From NCBI GenBank assembly GCA_963663235.2, contig CAXXNO010000005.1, positions 113,605 to 177,604 on the forward strand: a stretch of 64,000 bases of DNA, in the 5' to 3' direction. A model generated the notes under the pieces. The model ran no database searches, had not been told where the DNA came from, and was given only the letters and a program-made list of their open reading frames with translations. This DNA comes from Dehalococcoidia bacterium (GTDB taxonomy: Bacteria; Chloroflexota; Dehalococcoidia; Bin125). Shown in pieces: positions 38,714 to 47,348 of this stretch; within the stretch, counting starts at the first letter, position 1; each line of letters begins with the position of its first letter. A program made the position numbers and the translations under genes.

Positions 38714-39629
38714 CGTGGAGGCGCTGCGGCTCGGTACGCGCCGGAGCGCGCTGGCCGGGCGGCAGACGCAGGAAGCGGCCGACGCCCTCGCGGCGCTCGG
38801 CGTCGCTACGCAGGCCGTCATCTGCCGAACCCAGGGCGATCTGGACCGCACCACCCCGCTGCCGGAACTCGGAGGACAGGGGGTCTTCGCCCGCGCCATC
38901 GAGCAGACCCTTGTGGACGGCGGCATCGATGTCGCCGTCCACAGCGCCAAGGACTTGGAGCTGGATCTGCTGGACGGCACGCAACTGGTGGCCTTCCTGC
39001 CCCGAGCCGATGTCCGCGACGTCCTGGTCAGTCGCGATGCCCTCACGCTTGAGCGGCTCCCCGCCGGCGCCCGCCTCGGGACCAGCAGCCGGCGTCGAGC
39101 GGGCCAGGTGCGCGCCTGGCGTTCCGACCTCCAAGTGGTCGACATTCGCGGCAACGTCGACACCCGATTGGCCAAGGTCGCTCGTGCGGACTACGACGCC
39201 ACCATCCTCGCCGCCGCTGGGCTCGCCCGGCTCGGCCGCCTCGACGCCGTCGCGGAGTACCTCAGCATCGACCGCGTGTTGCCGGCGCCCGGACAAGGGG
39301 CCATCGCTCTCCAGGCCCGCCGCGCCGATGCCCGCACCGTGAGCCTCCTGCGCCGCATCAACCATGAGCCCACCGCTGTGGCGGTCAGGACGGAGCGTGC
39401 GTGTCTGCGCGCCCTCGGCGCGGGCTGCTCGCTGCCGGTCGCCGCGCTCGCGCACGTGCGCGGGACGGCCGTGACCGTCGCCGGGATCGTCGTCGATGAG
39501 CACGATGGTCGCCTCATCCGCGCCCAACGCAGCGGCGACGCGGCCGATCCGGAGGCGGCTGGCGCCGCGCTGGGGGAAGCGTTGCTTTCGCAGGGTGCCG
39601 GTGCGCTGATCCGGGAGGCGGTGTCATGA
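38703..39629 (+). CDS. hemC: Hydroxymethylbilane synthase
   Basis: GTRRSALA, AVHSAKD, GTSS.RR, IRGNVDTRL, LPAPGQG, GCSLPV. Confidence 0.95.
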   Translation: MSASVEALRLGTRRSALAGRQTQEAADALAALGVATQAVICRTQGDLDRTTPLPELGGQGVFARAIEQTLVDGGIDVAVHSAKDLELDLLDGTQLVAFLPRADVRDVLVSRDALTLERLPAGARLGTSSRRRAGQVRAWRSDLQVVDIRGNVDTRLAKVARADYDATILAAAGLARLGRLDAVAEYLSIDRVLPAPGQGAIALQARRADARTVSLLRRINHEPTAVAVRTERACLRALGAGCSLPVAALAHVRGTAVTVAGIVVDEHDGRLIRAQRSGDAADPEAAGAALGEALLSQGAGALIREAVS

Positions 39630-41170
39630 GTGCGGACGGCGGCCGCGGCTTCGTGAGTCTCGTGGGCGCCGGACCCGGCGATCCCGGCCTGATCACGGTC
39701 GCCGCCCTCGATCGCCTCCGCGACGCCGATGTCGTCGTCTACGACCGCCTCGTCAATCCCGCCTTCCTTGCGGAGGCGCGGCCGGACGCGGAACGCATCT
39801 TCGTCGGCAAGGCCCCGGACGCGCACACGCTATCCCAGGACCGCATCGACGATCTGCTGGTCGAGAGGGCGCGAGCGGGTCGCCGCGTGGTCCGGCTCAA
39901 GGGTGGCGACCCCTTCGTCTTCGGGCGCGGTGCGGAAGAGGCCCAGCGCCTGGTCCAGGACGGCGTCGATTTCGATGTCGTGCCGGGGGTCACGTCCGCG
40001 CTGGCAGCGCTGGCCTACGCCGGCATCCCGCCGACCCACCGGCGCCATGCCTCGTCGTTCACGGTCGTGACCGGCCATGAAGATGCCACGAAGCAGGAGC
40101 CAGCGGTCGATTGGGCCCGCATCGCACAAGGCGCGGACACGCTCATCGTCTTAATGGCGCGCCACTCGCTCCCATCCATCGCCGACCGCCTGATCGCCGG
40201 CGGCCGTCCTGCCGAAACGCCCGCCGCGGTGATCGAATGGGGCACCACGCCGCGACAGCGCGTGGTCGAGGCGACGCTGGCGACCGTCGCCGCCGCCGCC
40301 GATCGAGCCGGGCTCGATGCCCCCGCCGTGATCGTCGTCGGTGATGTCGTCCGCCTCCGGGACGGCCTGCGCTGGTTCGATCGACGTCCGCTGTTCGGGA
40401 AGCGCGTTCTGGTGACGCGCACCCGCCGGCAGGCCGGCGAGATGTCACGCTTGCTGATGCGCGAGGGGGCCGATCCGGTCGAGTTTCCCGCCATCGGGCT
40501 CGCCCCCGCCGATCCCGCCGCGGCCCAGGCGGCGGCCCGGCGGCTCGCTGCCGCCGGCTACGACTGGGTTGTCTTCACGAGCGCCAACGGCGTGCACGAG
40601 TTCTTCCGCCATCTTGACGCCGTGCAGCTGGACAGCCGCGCCTTCGGCGCGGCGCGCCTCGCCGTCGTCGGACCGGCGACGGCCCGCGCCTTGCACGAGT
40701 ACGGCCTCGTCCCCGATGTTGTCCCGGACCGCTTCGTCGCCGAGGCCTTGCTCCAGGCTCTGGCCGATGTTCCTCTGGAGGGCGCACGCGTGCTCTTGGC
40801 GCGCGCCGAGGATGCGCGCGCGCTCTTGCCGGAGGGGCTGCGCGCTCGCGGCGCGCTGGTCGAGGATCTGCCGCTCTACACCGCCCGTCGCCCCGCGACC
40901 GCGGACTCGGCGCTGATCGGGCGCCTCGAAAGGGGCGAGATCGATATCGTCACCTTCACCGCCTCATCCACGGTTCGTGGCTGCCTCGACCTGCTCGACG
41001 GGCGCCGCGAGCTGATCGAGTCTCCGCTGGTCGCCTGCATCGGACCAGTGACGGCGGAGACGGCCCGTTCGCTCGGCCTGAACGTTGATCTGGTAAGCGA
41101 GGAACACACGGTTCCTGGACTCGTCGCCGCCCTGCGGCGGCGCTTCGAGAAGGTGGTGTCGCATGCTTGA
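39626..41170 (+). CDS. cobA: Fused uroporphyrinogen-III C-methyltransferase / uroporphyrinogen-III synthase
   Basis: [44 protein letters not shown]. Confidence 0.95.
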   Translation: MSADGGRGFVSLVGAGPGDPGLITVAALDRLRDADVVVYDRLVNPAFLAEARPDAERIFVGKAPDAHTLSQDRIDDLLVERARAGRRVVRLKGGDPFVFGRGAEEAQRLVQDGVDFDVVPGVTSALAALAYAGIPPTHRRHASSFTVVTGHEDATKQEPAVDWARIAQGADTLIVLMARHSLPSIADRLIAGGRPAETPAAVIEWGTTPRQRVVEATLATVAAAADRAGLDAPAVIVVGDVVRLRDGLRWFDRRPLFGKRVLVTRTRRQAGEMSRLLMREGADPVEFPAIGLAPADPAAAQAAARRLAAAGYDWVVFTSANGVHEFFRHLDAVQLDSRAFGAARLAVVGPATARALHEYGLVPDVVPDRFVAEALLQALADVPLEGARVLLARAEDARALLPEGLRARGALVEDLPLYTARRPATADSALIGRLERGEIDIVTFTASSTVRGCLDLLDGRRELIESPLVACIGPVTAETARSLGLNVDLVSEEHTVPGLVAALRRRFEKVVSHA

Positions 41171-42173
41171 GACGAGACAGGCCGCCGGGCTTGATCTCCC
41201 GCTCCGGCTCCGGCGTTTGCGCCGGACGACGTCGATGCGCCGCATGCTCCGCGAGACGGTCCTGAGCCCAGCGGACTTTATCTATCCCCTCTTCGTGACG
41301 CACGGCCACGATGTCCGCCAGCCCATCGCGTCCATGCCCGGCCAGTTCCGGCTCTCCCTTGATCAACTGCCGGGGGAAGCGCAGGAGTTGCGGCGCCTCA
41401 CGATCCCCGCGCTCCTGTTGTTCGGCCTGCCGGCCGCCAAAGATCCGCGCGGGTCGGAGGCCTACGCCGCGGACGGCATCGTGCAGCAGGCGGTCCGCGT
41501 GCTCAAGGACGCCGACCCCGATCTCGTTGTCATCACCGACGTCTGCCTCTGTGAGTACACCGACCACGGGCATTGCGGTGTGATCGGCTCCACAGGCGAA
41601 GTCGAGAATGACCCCTCCGTCGAACTGCTGACGGCGACGGCCCTGAGCCAGGCCGAAGCCGGCGCCGACATCGTCGCGCCCAGCGACATGATGGACGGCC
41701 GCGTGCGCGCCATTCGCTCCGCTCTGGACGCTTCCCGCCTCCAGGAGGTGGCGATCCTCGCCTACGCGGCGAAGTTTGCCTCCGCGTTCTACGGCCCCTT
41801 CCGAGAGGCGGCGGACTCGACCCCGGCGTTCGGCGACCGCCACGGCTATCAACTGGACCCGCCCAACGCACGCGAGGCGTTGCGCGAGATCGCCCAGGAT
41901 ATCGACGAGGGCGCGGACCTGGTGATGGTGAAGCCCGCGCTGCCCTATCTCGACCTCATTCGCCGGGCACGTGAGCGCTTCGATCGGCCGCTGGTGGCGT
42001 ACAACGTCAGTGGCGAGTACGCGATGCTCAAGGCGGCCGCGGCGAACGGCTGGCTGGACGAGCAAAACGCCGTCACCGAGGTACTGACCGGCATCAAGAG
42101 GGCCGGCGCCGATCTCATCCTCACCTACCACGCGAAGGAGATGGCACACTGGCTGCAGTCATCGGCGGGCTAG
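41163..42173 (+). CDS. hemB: Porphobilinogen synthase
   Basis: [42 protein letters not shown]. Confidence 0.96.
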   Translation: MLETRQAAGLDLPLRLRRLRRTTSMRRMLRETVLSPADFIYPLFVTHGHDVRQPIASMPGQFRLSLDQLPGEAQELRRLTIPALLLFGLPAAKDPRGSEAYAADGIVQQAVRVLKDADPDLVVITDVCLCEYTDHGHCGVIGSTGEVENDPSVELLTATALSQAEAGADIVAPSDMMDGRVRAIRSALDASRLQEVAILAYAAKFASAFYGPFREAADSTPAFGDRHGYQLDPPNAREALREIAQDIDEGADLVMVKPALPYLDLIRRARERFDRPLVAYNVSGEYAMLKAAAANGWLDEQNAVTEVLTGIKRAGADLILTYHAKEMAHWLQSSAG

Positions 42174-42928
42174 ACGCCGTCGATCCCTCCACGTTCCGCG
42201 CCGTCGCTTTCGATTGCTACGGCACGCTCATTGACTTCGATGAGCGCGCCTTCGCCCCGGCGCTCAGGCGGCTGCTGGATCGGCACGGCCTCGGGCACGT
42301 CGACGCCCAGCAGCTCTGGGACGACTGGATCAAGGCGGCCAAGGAGTTCTCCAAGCTCCTCGGGGTTGACCCGGCGCGCCCACTCGATGGCCTCGAGCCG
42401 CCCTTCCGGTCCTTCGCGGAGAGTTGGCCCCGCTTCTTCGACCTCGTGTTCCAACGCTCGCGGATCGAAGGGATCGCGCCGCAAGTCGTGGTGGACTACC
42501 TGTTCGCGGAGCTCAGCCAAGCGCCGCCCTATCCGGATGCGCCGGAGGTGATCGCCGCCCTGCGCCGGACCGGCATGACCGTCGCTATCGCCAGCAACGC
42601 CGACGACGCGCACCTCTACGCGGCGCTCGATCACGCTGGCATCACCGCCGATGTCGTGATCTCGTCGGAGTCGGCCCGCTCGTACAAGCCCCGCCGCCCA
42701 TTCTTCGAGGCGCTCAGCCGGGCCTTGGATCTCCCCCTCGAAGCGATCCTTCATGTCGGTGACCATCCGCTGGCGGACGTCACCGGGGCGCGCAACGTTG
42801 GCATGTCCGTCTACCACGTGCAGCGCTACCAGCGCCCCCCGCACGATCACACGCCCGCCCACGAACCCACGTGGCAGTTCCCGGACTTGCGTGGCCTGCT
42901 GACGCTTTTCGGAATCGGCTCCGCCTGA
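42149..42928 (+). CDS. HAD-family hydrolase (haloacid dehalogenase-like), probable CTG start
   Basis: [12 protein letters not shown] motif I lies in frame upstream of the ORF-track start 42446; SNAD, YKP, HVGD...DV.GA. Confidence 0.85.
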   Translation: MAAVIGGLDAVDPSTFRAVAFDCYGTLIDFDERAFAPALRRLLDRHGLGHVDAQQLWDDWIKAAKEFSKLLGVDPARPLDGLEPPFRSFAESWPRFFDLVFQRSRIEGIAPQVVVDYLFAELSQAPPYPDAPEVIAALRRTGMTVAIASNADDAHLYAALDHAGITADVVISSESARSYKPRRPFFEALSRALDLPLEAILHVGDHPLADVTGARNVGMSVYHVQRYQRPPHDHTPAHEPTWQFPDLRGLLTLFGIGSA

Positions 42929-43274
42929 CCGCCCTGCCCCGATCTCGCGCGGCCTTCCAGGTGGCGCAGCGCGTGCTGCCCGCCTGGCCGCCGCCTTCTG
43001 CGCCTTCGCACGCTGGGCGGAGACCGAGCGAGTGGTCTCCCGCGTTGGCTCCATGCTTACGCCGTTCTTCCGGACCCAAACGCCGACGGACGCCGAGACC
43101 GCCGCCCCCGACACGACCGCCTACGCGGGCTTCGTGCACGCCGCCCGCGCCGCCGGCGTCATTCTGGCCCCCTCCCAGTTCGAGGCGATGTTCTGCTCGT
43201 TCGCCCACGACAACGCCGTCATCAACGCCACCGCCGCCGCTCTGGCTTCGGCCTCCGCGCCACCGCGTCCCTGA
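42925..43274 (+). pseudogene. hemL: Glutamate-1-semialdehyde 2,1-aminomutase scar
   Basis: N-terminal RSRAAFQVAQRVLP joined out of frame (near 42981) to C-terminal RVGSMLTPFF...GVILAPSQFEAMFCSFAH. Confidence 0.85.
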
Positions 43275-43286
43275 CGATAATCCTCG

Positions 43287-43306
43287 TTATCCACCCGTTC
43301 TCCACC
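43287..43306 (+). promoter_or_regulatory. Two DnaA-box-like sites
   Basis: TTATCCACC (1 mismatch) and TTCTCCACC (2 mismatches) versus TTATCCACA, upstream of dnaN. Confidence 0.5.
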
Positions 43307-43382
43307 CTCTTCTGTCGCTCCCTTGGACGATCGGCGGGATCCGTCCCTCCTCCCGCATCCGGTCGGCTACAATGAATGAGTA

Positions 43383-43406
43383 AATTGCATACATTTGTAT
43401 GCAATT
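43383..43406. promoter_or_regulatory. Perfect 11-bp inverted repeat, operator-like, just after the -10 TACAAT of dnaN
   Basis: AATTGCATACA-TT-TGTATGCAATT. Confidence 0.7.
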
Positions 43407-43422
43407 GAAGGAGATCGACGCG

Positions 43423-44553
43423 GTGAAACTGGCGACGCAGCAGGAGGCGCTTCAACGCGGGCTCAACACCGTCGGCCGTGCCGTAGCAGTCCGCAGCACC
43501 CTCCCGCAGACCTCTCATGTCTACGTCGCTGCAGAGGGCGAGCAGGTCAAGCTCGTCGCGACGAATCTGGAGATCGCGATCACCTGTTGGGTGTCGGCCC
43601 GGGTCGATGAGCCCGGCGCGATCACGATTCCCGCCCGCCTCCTCACCGAGTTCGTCTCCTCGCTGCCGCCCGCCGAGATCGCCTTCAGCGTGGCCCCACG
43701 ATCCCGCCAGGCGCAGATCGTCTGTGCCCGCAACGAAGCCACCATCACCGGCATGGACGCCGATGACTTCCCGCCCATCCCCTCCATCAGCGATGGCGAC
43801 ACCTTCCGCCTCGAGCCGCAGGCCCTCCGCCAGGCCATCGAGCATGTGGTCTTCGCCGCCGCCAGCGATGACAGTCGCCCCGTCCTCACCGGCGTCCAAC
43901 TCAAGATCGAAGACGGCCGCCTGACGTTGGCCGCTGCCGATGGCTTCCGATTGGCCGTCTATCACTTGAACATCGCGGAGCAACCGCCCAGTGCCATCGA
44001 GATCATCGTGCCCGCCCGCGCTCTACAGGAGTTGAGCCGCCTCCTCCCCGATCAGGAGGAGGCGGCCACGCTTCAGCTCAACAGCGTCCGCAGTCAGATC
44101 CTGTTCAAGCTGGAGGACGTGGAGCTGACCGCTCAGCTCATCCAGGGCACCTTTCCCAGCTACCAGCAGCTCATCCCCTCCGAATATCAGACCCGCGCCA
44201 CGCTCGACGCCGCCGAGTTTCTGCGTGAGGCCCGCACGGCCGCGGTCTTCGCCCGCGACGGCAGCGGGATCGTGCGCGTCGTGCTCGCCGCCGGCGACAG
44301 CGGCGCTGGCCGCGTGACCATCTCCGCGCGGGCCGAAGAGCAGGGCGATCACCAGGGCGAGATGGACGCCGAGATCGAAGGGGAGGACGCGCGGATCGCC
44401 TTCAACAGCCGCTACTTGCAGGACGTCTTGCAGGTCCTCGGCGGGGGGCGCCTGGCGCTCGAGACCACCGGCCCGTCGAACCCCGGCGTCTTCCGGCCTC
44501 ACGACCGCGAAGACTACGTCCACGTCATCATGCCCATGTTCGTCCAGTGGTGA
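43423..44553 (+). CDS. dnaN: DNA polymerase III beta sliding clamp
   Basis: ATNLEIAI, SRPVLTGV, AADGFRLA, GTFPSYQQLIP, IAFNSRYL, HVIMPM; AAGGAG RBS. Confidence 0.96.
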   Translation: MKLATQQEALQRGLNTVGRAVAVRSTLPQTSHVYVAAEGEQVKLVATNLEIAITCWVSARVDEPGAITIPARLLTEFVSSLPPAEIAFSVAPRSRQAQIVCARNEATITGMDADDFPPIPSISDGDTFRLEPQALRQAIEHVVFAAASDDSRPVLTGVQLKIEDGRLTLAAADGFRLAVYHLNIAEQPPSAIEIIVPARALQELSRLLPDQEEAATLQLNSVRSQILFKLEDVELTAQLIQGTFPSYQQLIPSEYQTRATLDAAEFLREARTAAVFARDGSGIVRVVLAAGDSGAGRVTISARAEEQGDHQGEMDAEIEGEDARIAFNSRYLQDVLQVLGGGRLALETTGPSNPGVFRPHDREDYVHVIMPMFVQW

Positions 44554-44564
44554 CCAGAAGTCGC

Positions 44565-44602
44565 TGATCCGTTCGCCCGGCAGCGCCGGGGGAGGCCTCC
44601 CG
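44565..44602 (+). repeat. 38-bp direct repeat, left copy (right copy 49563-49600)
   Basis: TGATCCGTTCGCCCGGCAGCGCCGGG-NNN-GGCCTCCCG, 35/38 identical. Confidence 0.9.
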
Positions 44603-44614
44603 AACGCGTCCGGC

Positions 44615-45646
44615 CTACGGCACCGCCATCCACTCGCCGCCCGGCTTGAAGTCTTTGGCGATCGGGATGATCTCCTGCCCGAACTGCTCTATACGCTCGA
44701 ACACCTCGGCGGCAGTGCTGGTCTGACAATCTTGATGTGCGACCATCAGAGAGTAGCCCGCCTCGGCGAACTCCTGGAGGTCGGCGAGGATCATCTCCGG
44801 CGTGCCCTCGCAGATCGGGCGTACCTTGCGCTTCAAGTGCGGATCGTCGGCGTCCGTGATGCGGACGGTCACCACAGCCATCATCATGAAATCGGAGAGG
44901 TCCCGGCCGACGCGTTCCGCTTCGCGCCGAATCTCGTCCTGGAAGCGATCCAGATCGTGCGGCCGGGACCCGGGGTGCGAGAACATCGGGTAGAAGCCGT
45001 CGCAGAGCCGCGCCGCGCGGCGGGCGCCGACCAGGGACTGCCCGCCGAAGACGATGGGCGGGTGGGGCTTCTGCACGGGCTTGGGGTCCATGGAGAGGTT
45101 GTCGAAGTTGTAGAACTCGCCGTGGAAGGCGACGACGTCGTCCGCCCACGCGCGCTTGTAGATCTCGATGCATTCGTCGGTCATGTCGCCGCGCCGGTCG
45201 TAGGGCAGGCCCAGCGCGTCGAACTCCTCCTTGGCCCAGCCCGCGCCCACGCCGGCGATCACCCGGCCGTTGGAGAGCCAGTCAACGGTGGCGAACTGGC
45301 GGGCGTCGTGGAGCGGCGGGCGGTAGGGCGAGATGAGCACCCCGGGCGCCAGCTTGACCCGCTCGGTCGTCACCGCCACCGCGGCCATGGTGGCCAGGGC
45401 GTCGAACATGACCGGCTTCTCGGGGTAGTGCCGTTTCCCCGTCTCTGGGTTGACGACGTTCACGTTGGTGGTCTTCGTCGGAAAGGCGACGTGGTCCGAG
45501 AACCAGAGCGAATGGAAGCCCACCCGTTCGGCGAGCCGGGCAAACCGCACCGGCTCAATGTCCTGCGGCGGCAGCGACTCCAGCCACATCTCCGTCTCGC
45601 TGCGAAACACCACCCCGTGGGTGTTCATGTAGGTGCCAATATGCAT
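44615..45646 (-). CDS. LLM-class probable F420-dependent oxidoreductase, close paralog of 1519..2550
   Basis: Same 343-aa length; MNTHGVVFRSETE, KVRPICEGTPEMIL shared. Confidence 0.92.
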   Translation of the reverse strand: MHIGTYMNTHGVVFRSETEMWLESLPPQDIEPVRFARLAERVGFHSLWFSDHVAFPTKTTNVNVVNPETGKRHYPEKPVMFDALATMAAVAVTTERVKLAPGVLISPYRPPLHDARQFATVDWLSNGRVIAGVGAGWAKEEFDALGLPYDRRGDMTDECIEIYKRAWADDVVAFHGEFYNFDNLSMDPKPVQKPHPPIVFGGQSLVGARRAARLCDGFYPMFSHPGSRPHDLDRFQDEIRREAERVGRDLSDFMMMAVVTVRITDADDPHLKRKVRPICEGTPEMILADLQEFAEAGYSLMVAHQDCQTSTAAEVFERIEQFGQEIIPIAKDFKPGGEWMAVP

Positions 45647-45708
45647 CGATCGGCGTCCTCTCGTCGTCCCTGCGGGACACGGAGGCTAGTCGGCAGGCCT
45701 AGCGGCCG

Positions 45709-45772
45709 TCAACGGCAGAGCGCGCGGTTTGGGGCCGCGAGGCCGGCGGTTCGAATCCGCCCACCCCGGCCA
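45709..45772 (+). pseudogene. 5'-truncated tRNA-Pro(TGG)
   Basis: Anticodon arm CGCGG-TTTGGGG-CCGCG, T arm GGCGG-TTCGAAT-CCGCC, 3' CACCCCG-G-CCA; 5' acceptor strand absent. Confidence 0.8.
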
Positions 45773-45951
45773 TCCCCTCCACCCGGCCGTTCCTCGCGAT
45801 GCCGCATCCCGGCGTACCGGCGACGCCGCGCCCGGTGTCCGAGTCGTGCGTCGCGGCGGGCGCGGGGGCGTGCTAGACTCCGGCCGTTCTCGCCGGTCCA
45901 GCGCGCGGCCCCGTGGCTCCGCGCCGCACAGCGTCAGCGAAGGAGCACAGC

Positions 45952-47091
45952 ATGGACGTCGGCGTACACATGCTTTACCAGAACTATCAGGATTGGAAGC
46001 GCTATAACGCGAAGTCCTCCGCGCCCCCGATCGTGCCGGACTCGCAGATCTACGATGAGGACCTGCACCTGGGGAGCCTGGTGGAGCCGCTGGGCTTCGA
46101 TTCGATGTGGGCGATCGACCACTCCTTCTCGCCCTACGTCATGACCGGCAACGCGATTCAGAACCTGACCTACTTCGCCGGGCAGACGAAGCGGCTGGAC
46201 TTCGGCACGATGATCATCGTGCTGCCGTGGTACGACCCGATCGTGGTGGCGGAGCAGATCGCGGTGCTGGACAACATGTTGCAAGGGCGCCGCTTCACGA
46301 TCGGGCTGGGGCGCGGCGCGGGGCAGCGGGAGTTCGACTCCTACCGGATTCCGCTGGGCGAATCGCGCGGCCGCTTCATGGAGTCGCTGGAGATCGTGCG
46401 CAAGGCGCTCACGCAGGAGTGGTTCTCTCACGAGGGCGAGTTCTACACGATCCCGGAGACGACGATCCGGCCGCGGCCACGCACGCCGGACCTGGTGGAC
46501 AGGATGAAGGTCGCTTGGGTGAGCCCGGAGAGCCTGGGCATCGCCGCCAACGCCGGGCTGGGGATGCTCTTCACCAACCAGAAGAGTTGGGACGCCTACC
46601 AGGACGACTTCAAGGAGTTCAACGCCGTGCGGGCCGAGCATGGCTGGGCGCCGCTGCAGCCGACGGTGGTGGTGAGCGTCTCCTGCGCCGAATCGGAGGA
46701 CGAGGCGTGGGACACGATCCTCAAGCACACCACCGAGATGACGGAGAGCATAGAGCACCACTACCAGTTCGGCGACAGCGCGCACTTCAAGCGGGCTGGG
46801 GGCTACGAGTACTACGAGACGTTCGCCGAGACGCTGAAATCGAAGAGCGCTGCGCAGATCGGGAAGTTTAACGCCAAGCCCCAGGCGTGGGGCACGCCCG
46901 CCCAGTGCTTGGAGAAGCTGCAATACATCAAAGAGATGACCAGCGCCGAGGAGTTCGTGCTGGCGTTCCGCTACGGCGGGATGCCGGCCGACGTCGCGGA
47001 GCGGAGCATGCGGCTCTTCGCCAAGGAGGTGCTGCCGGCCTTGCAGGCGATGGATCCCGCTCCGCTCGCCGCGGCCGGGCGCGGCGGCTGA
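45952..47091 (+). CDS. LLM-class flavin-dependent oxidoreductase (luciferase-like)
   Basis: GFDSMWAIDHSFSPY, PIVVAEQIAVLDN, GLGRG, MRLFAKEVLP. Confidence 0.92.
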   Translation: MDVGVHMLYQNYQDWKRYNAKSSAPPIVPDSQIYDEDLHLGSLVEPLGFDSMWAIDHSFSPYVMTGNAIQNLTYFAGQTKRLDFGTMIIVLPWYDPIVVAEQIAVLDNMLQGRRFTIGLGRGAGQREFDSYRIPLGESRGRFMESLEIVRKALTQEWFSHEGEFYTIPETTIRPRPRTPDLVDRMKVAWVSPESLGIAANAGLGMLFTNQKSWDAYQDDFKEFNAVRAEHGWAPLQPTVVVSVSCAESEDEAWDTILKHTTEMTESIEHHYQFGDSAHFKRAGGYEYYETFAETLKSKSAAQIGKFNAKPQAWGTPAQCLEKLQYIKEMTSAEEFVLAFRYGGMPADVAERSMRLFAKEVLPALQAMDPAPLAAAGRGG

Positions 47092-47128
47092 CGCCGGCCG
47101 GTCGCGCGCCTCCCGGCTCTGTCACGGT

Positions 47129-47310
47129 CTAGGCCGGTTGGCTCTCCTCGCTCCCCCCGGGGGGTCCTTCGTCGAGCCGGGTGTTGCCCCGGCTGTTCCA
47201 GTGGGTGACGGCGCGGGCGGGGGGATGCGCTTGGGCTTGCCCCAGCGCCCCCGCGGGTAGCCGACGGGGATGACCGCGATCGGGTTCACGTCTTCGGGCA
47301 GGCCAAGATC
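47129..47310 (-). pseudogene. Nitroreductase-family C-terminal remnant
   Basis: LGLPEDVNPIAVIPVGYPRGRWG..R then frameshift to AVTHWNS. Confidence 0.65.
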
Positions 47311-47348
47311 GCCTGTACCTCCCGCAGGCGCGACGAGGAGATCGCCCC

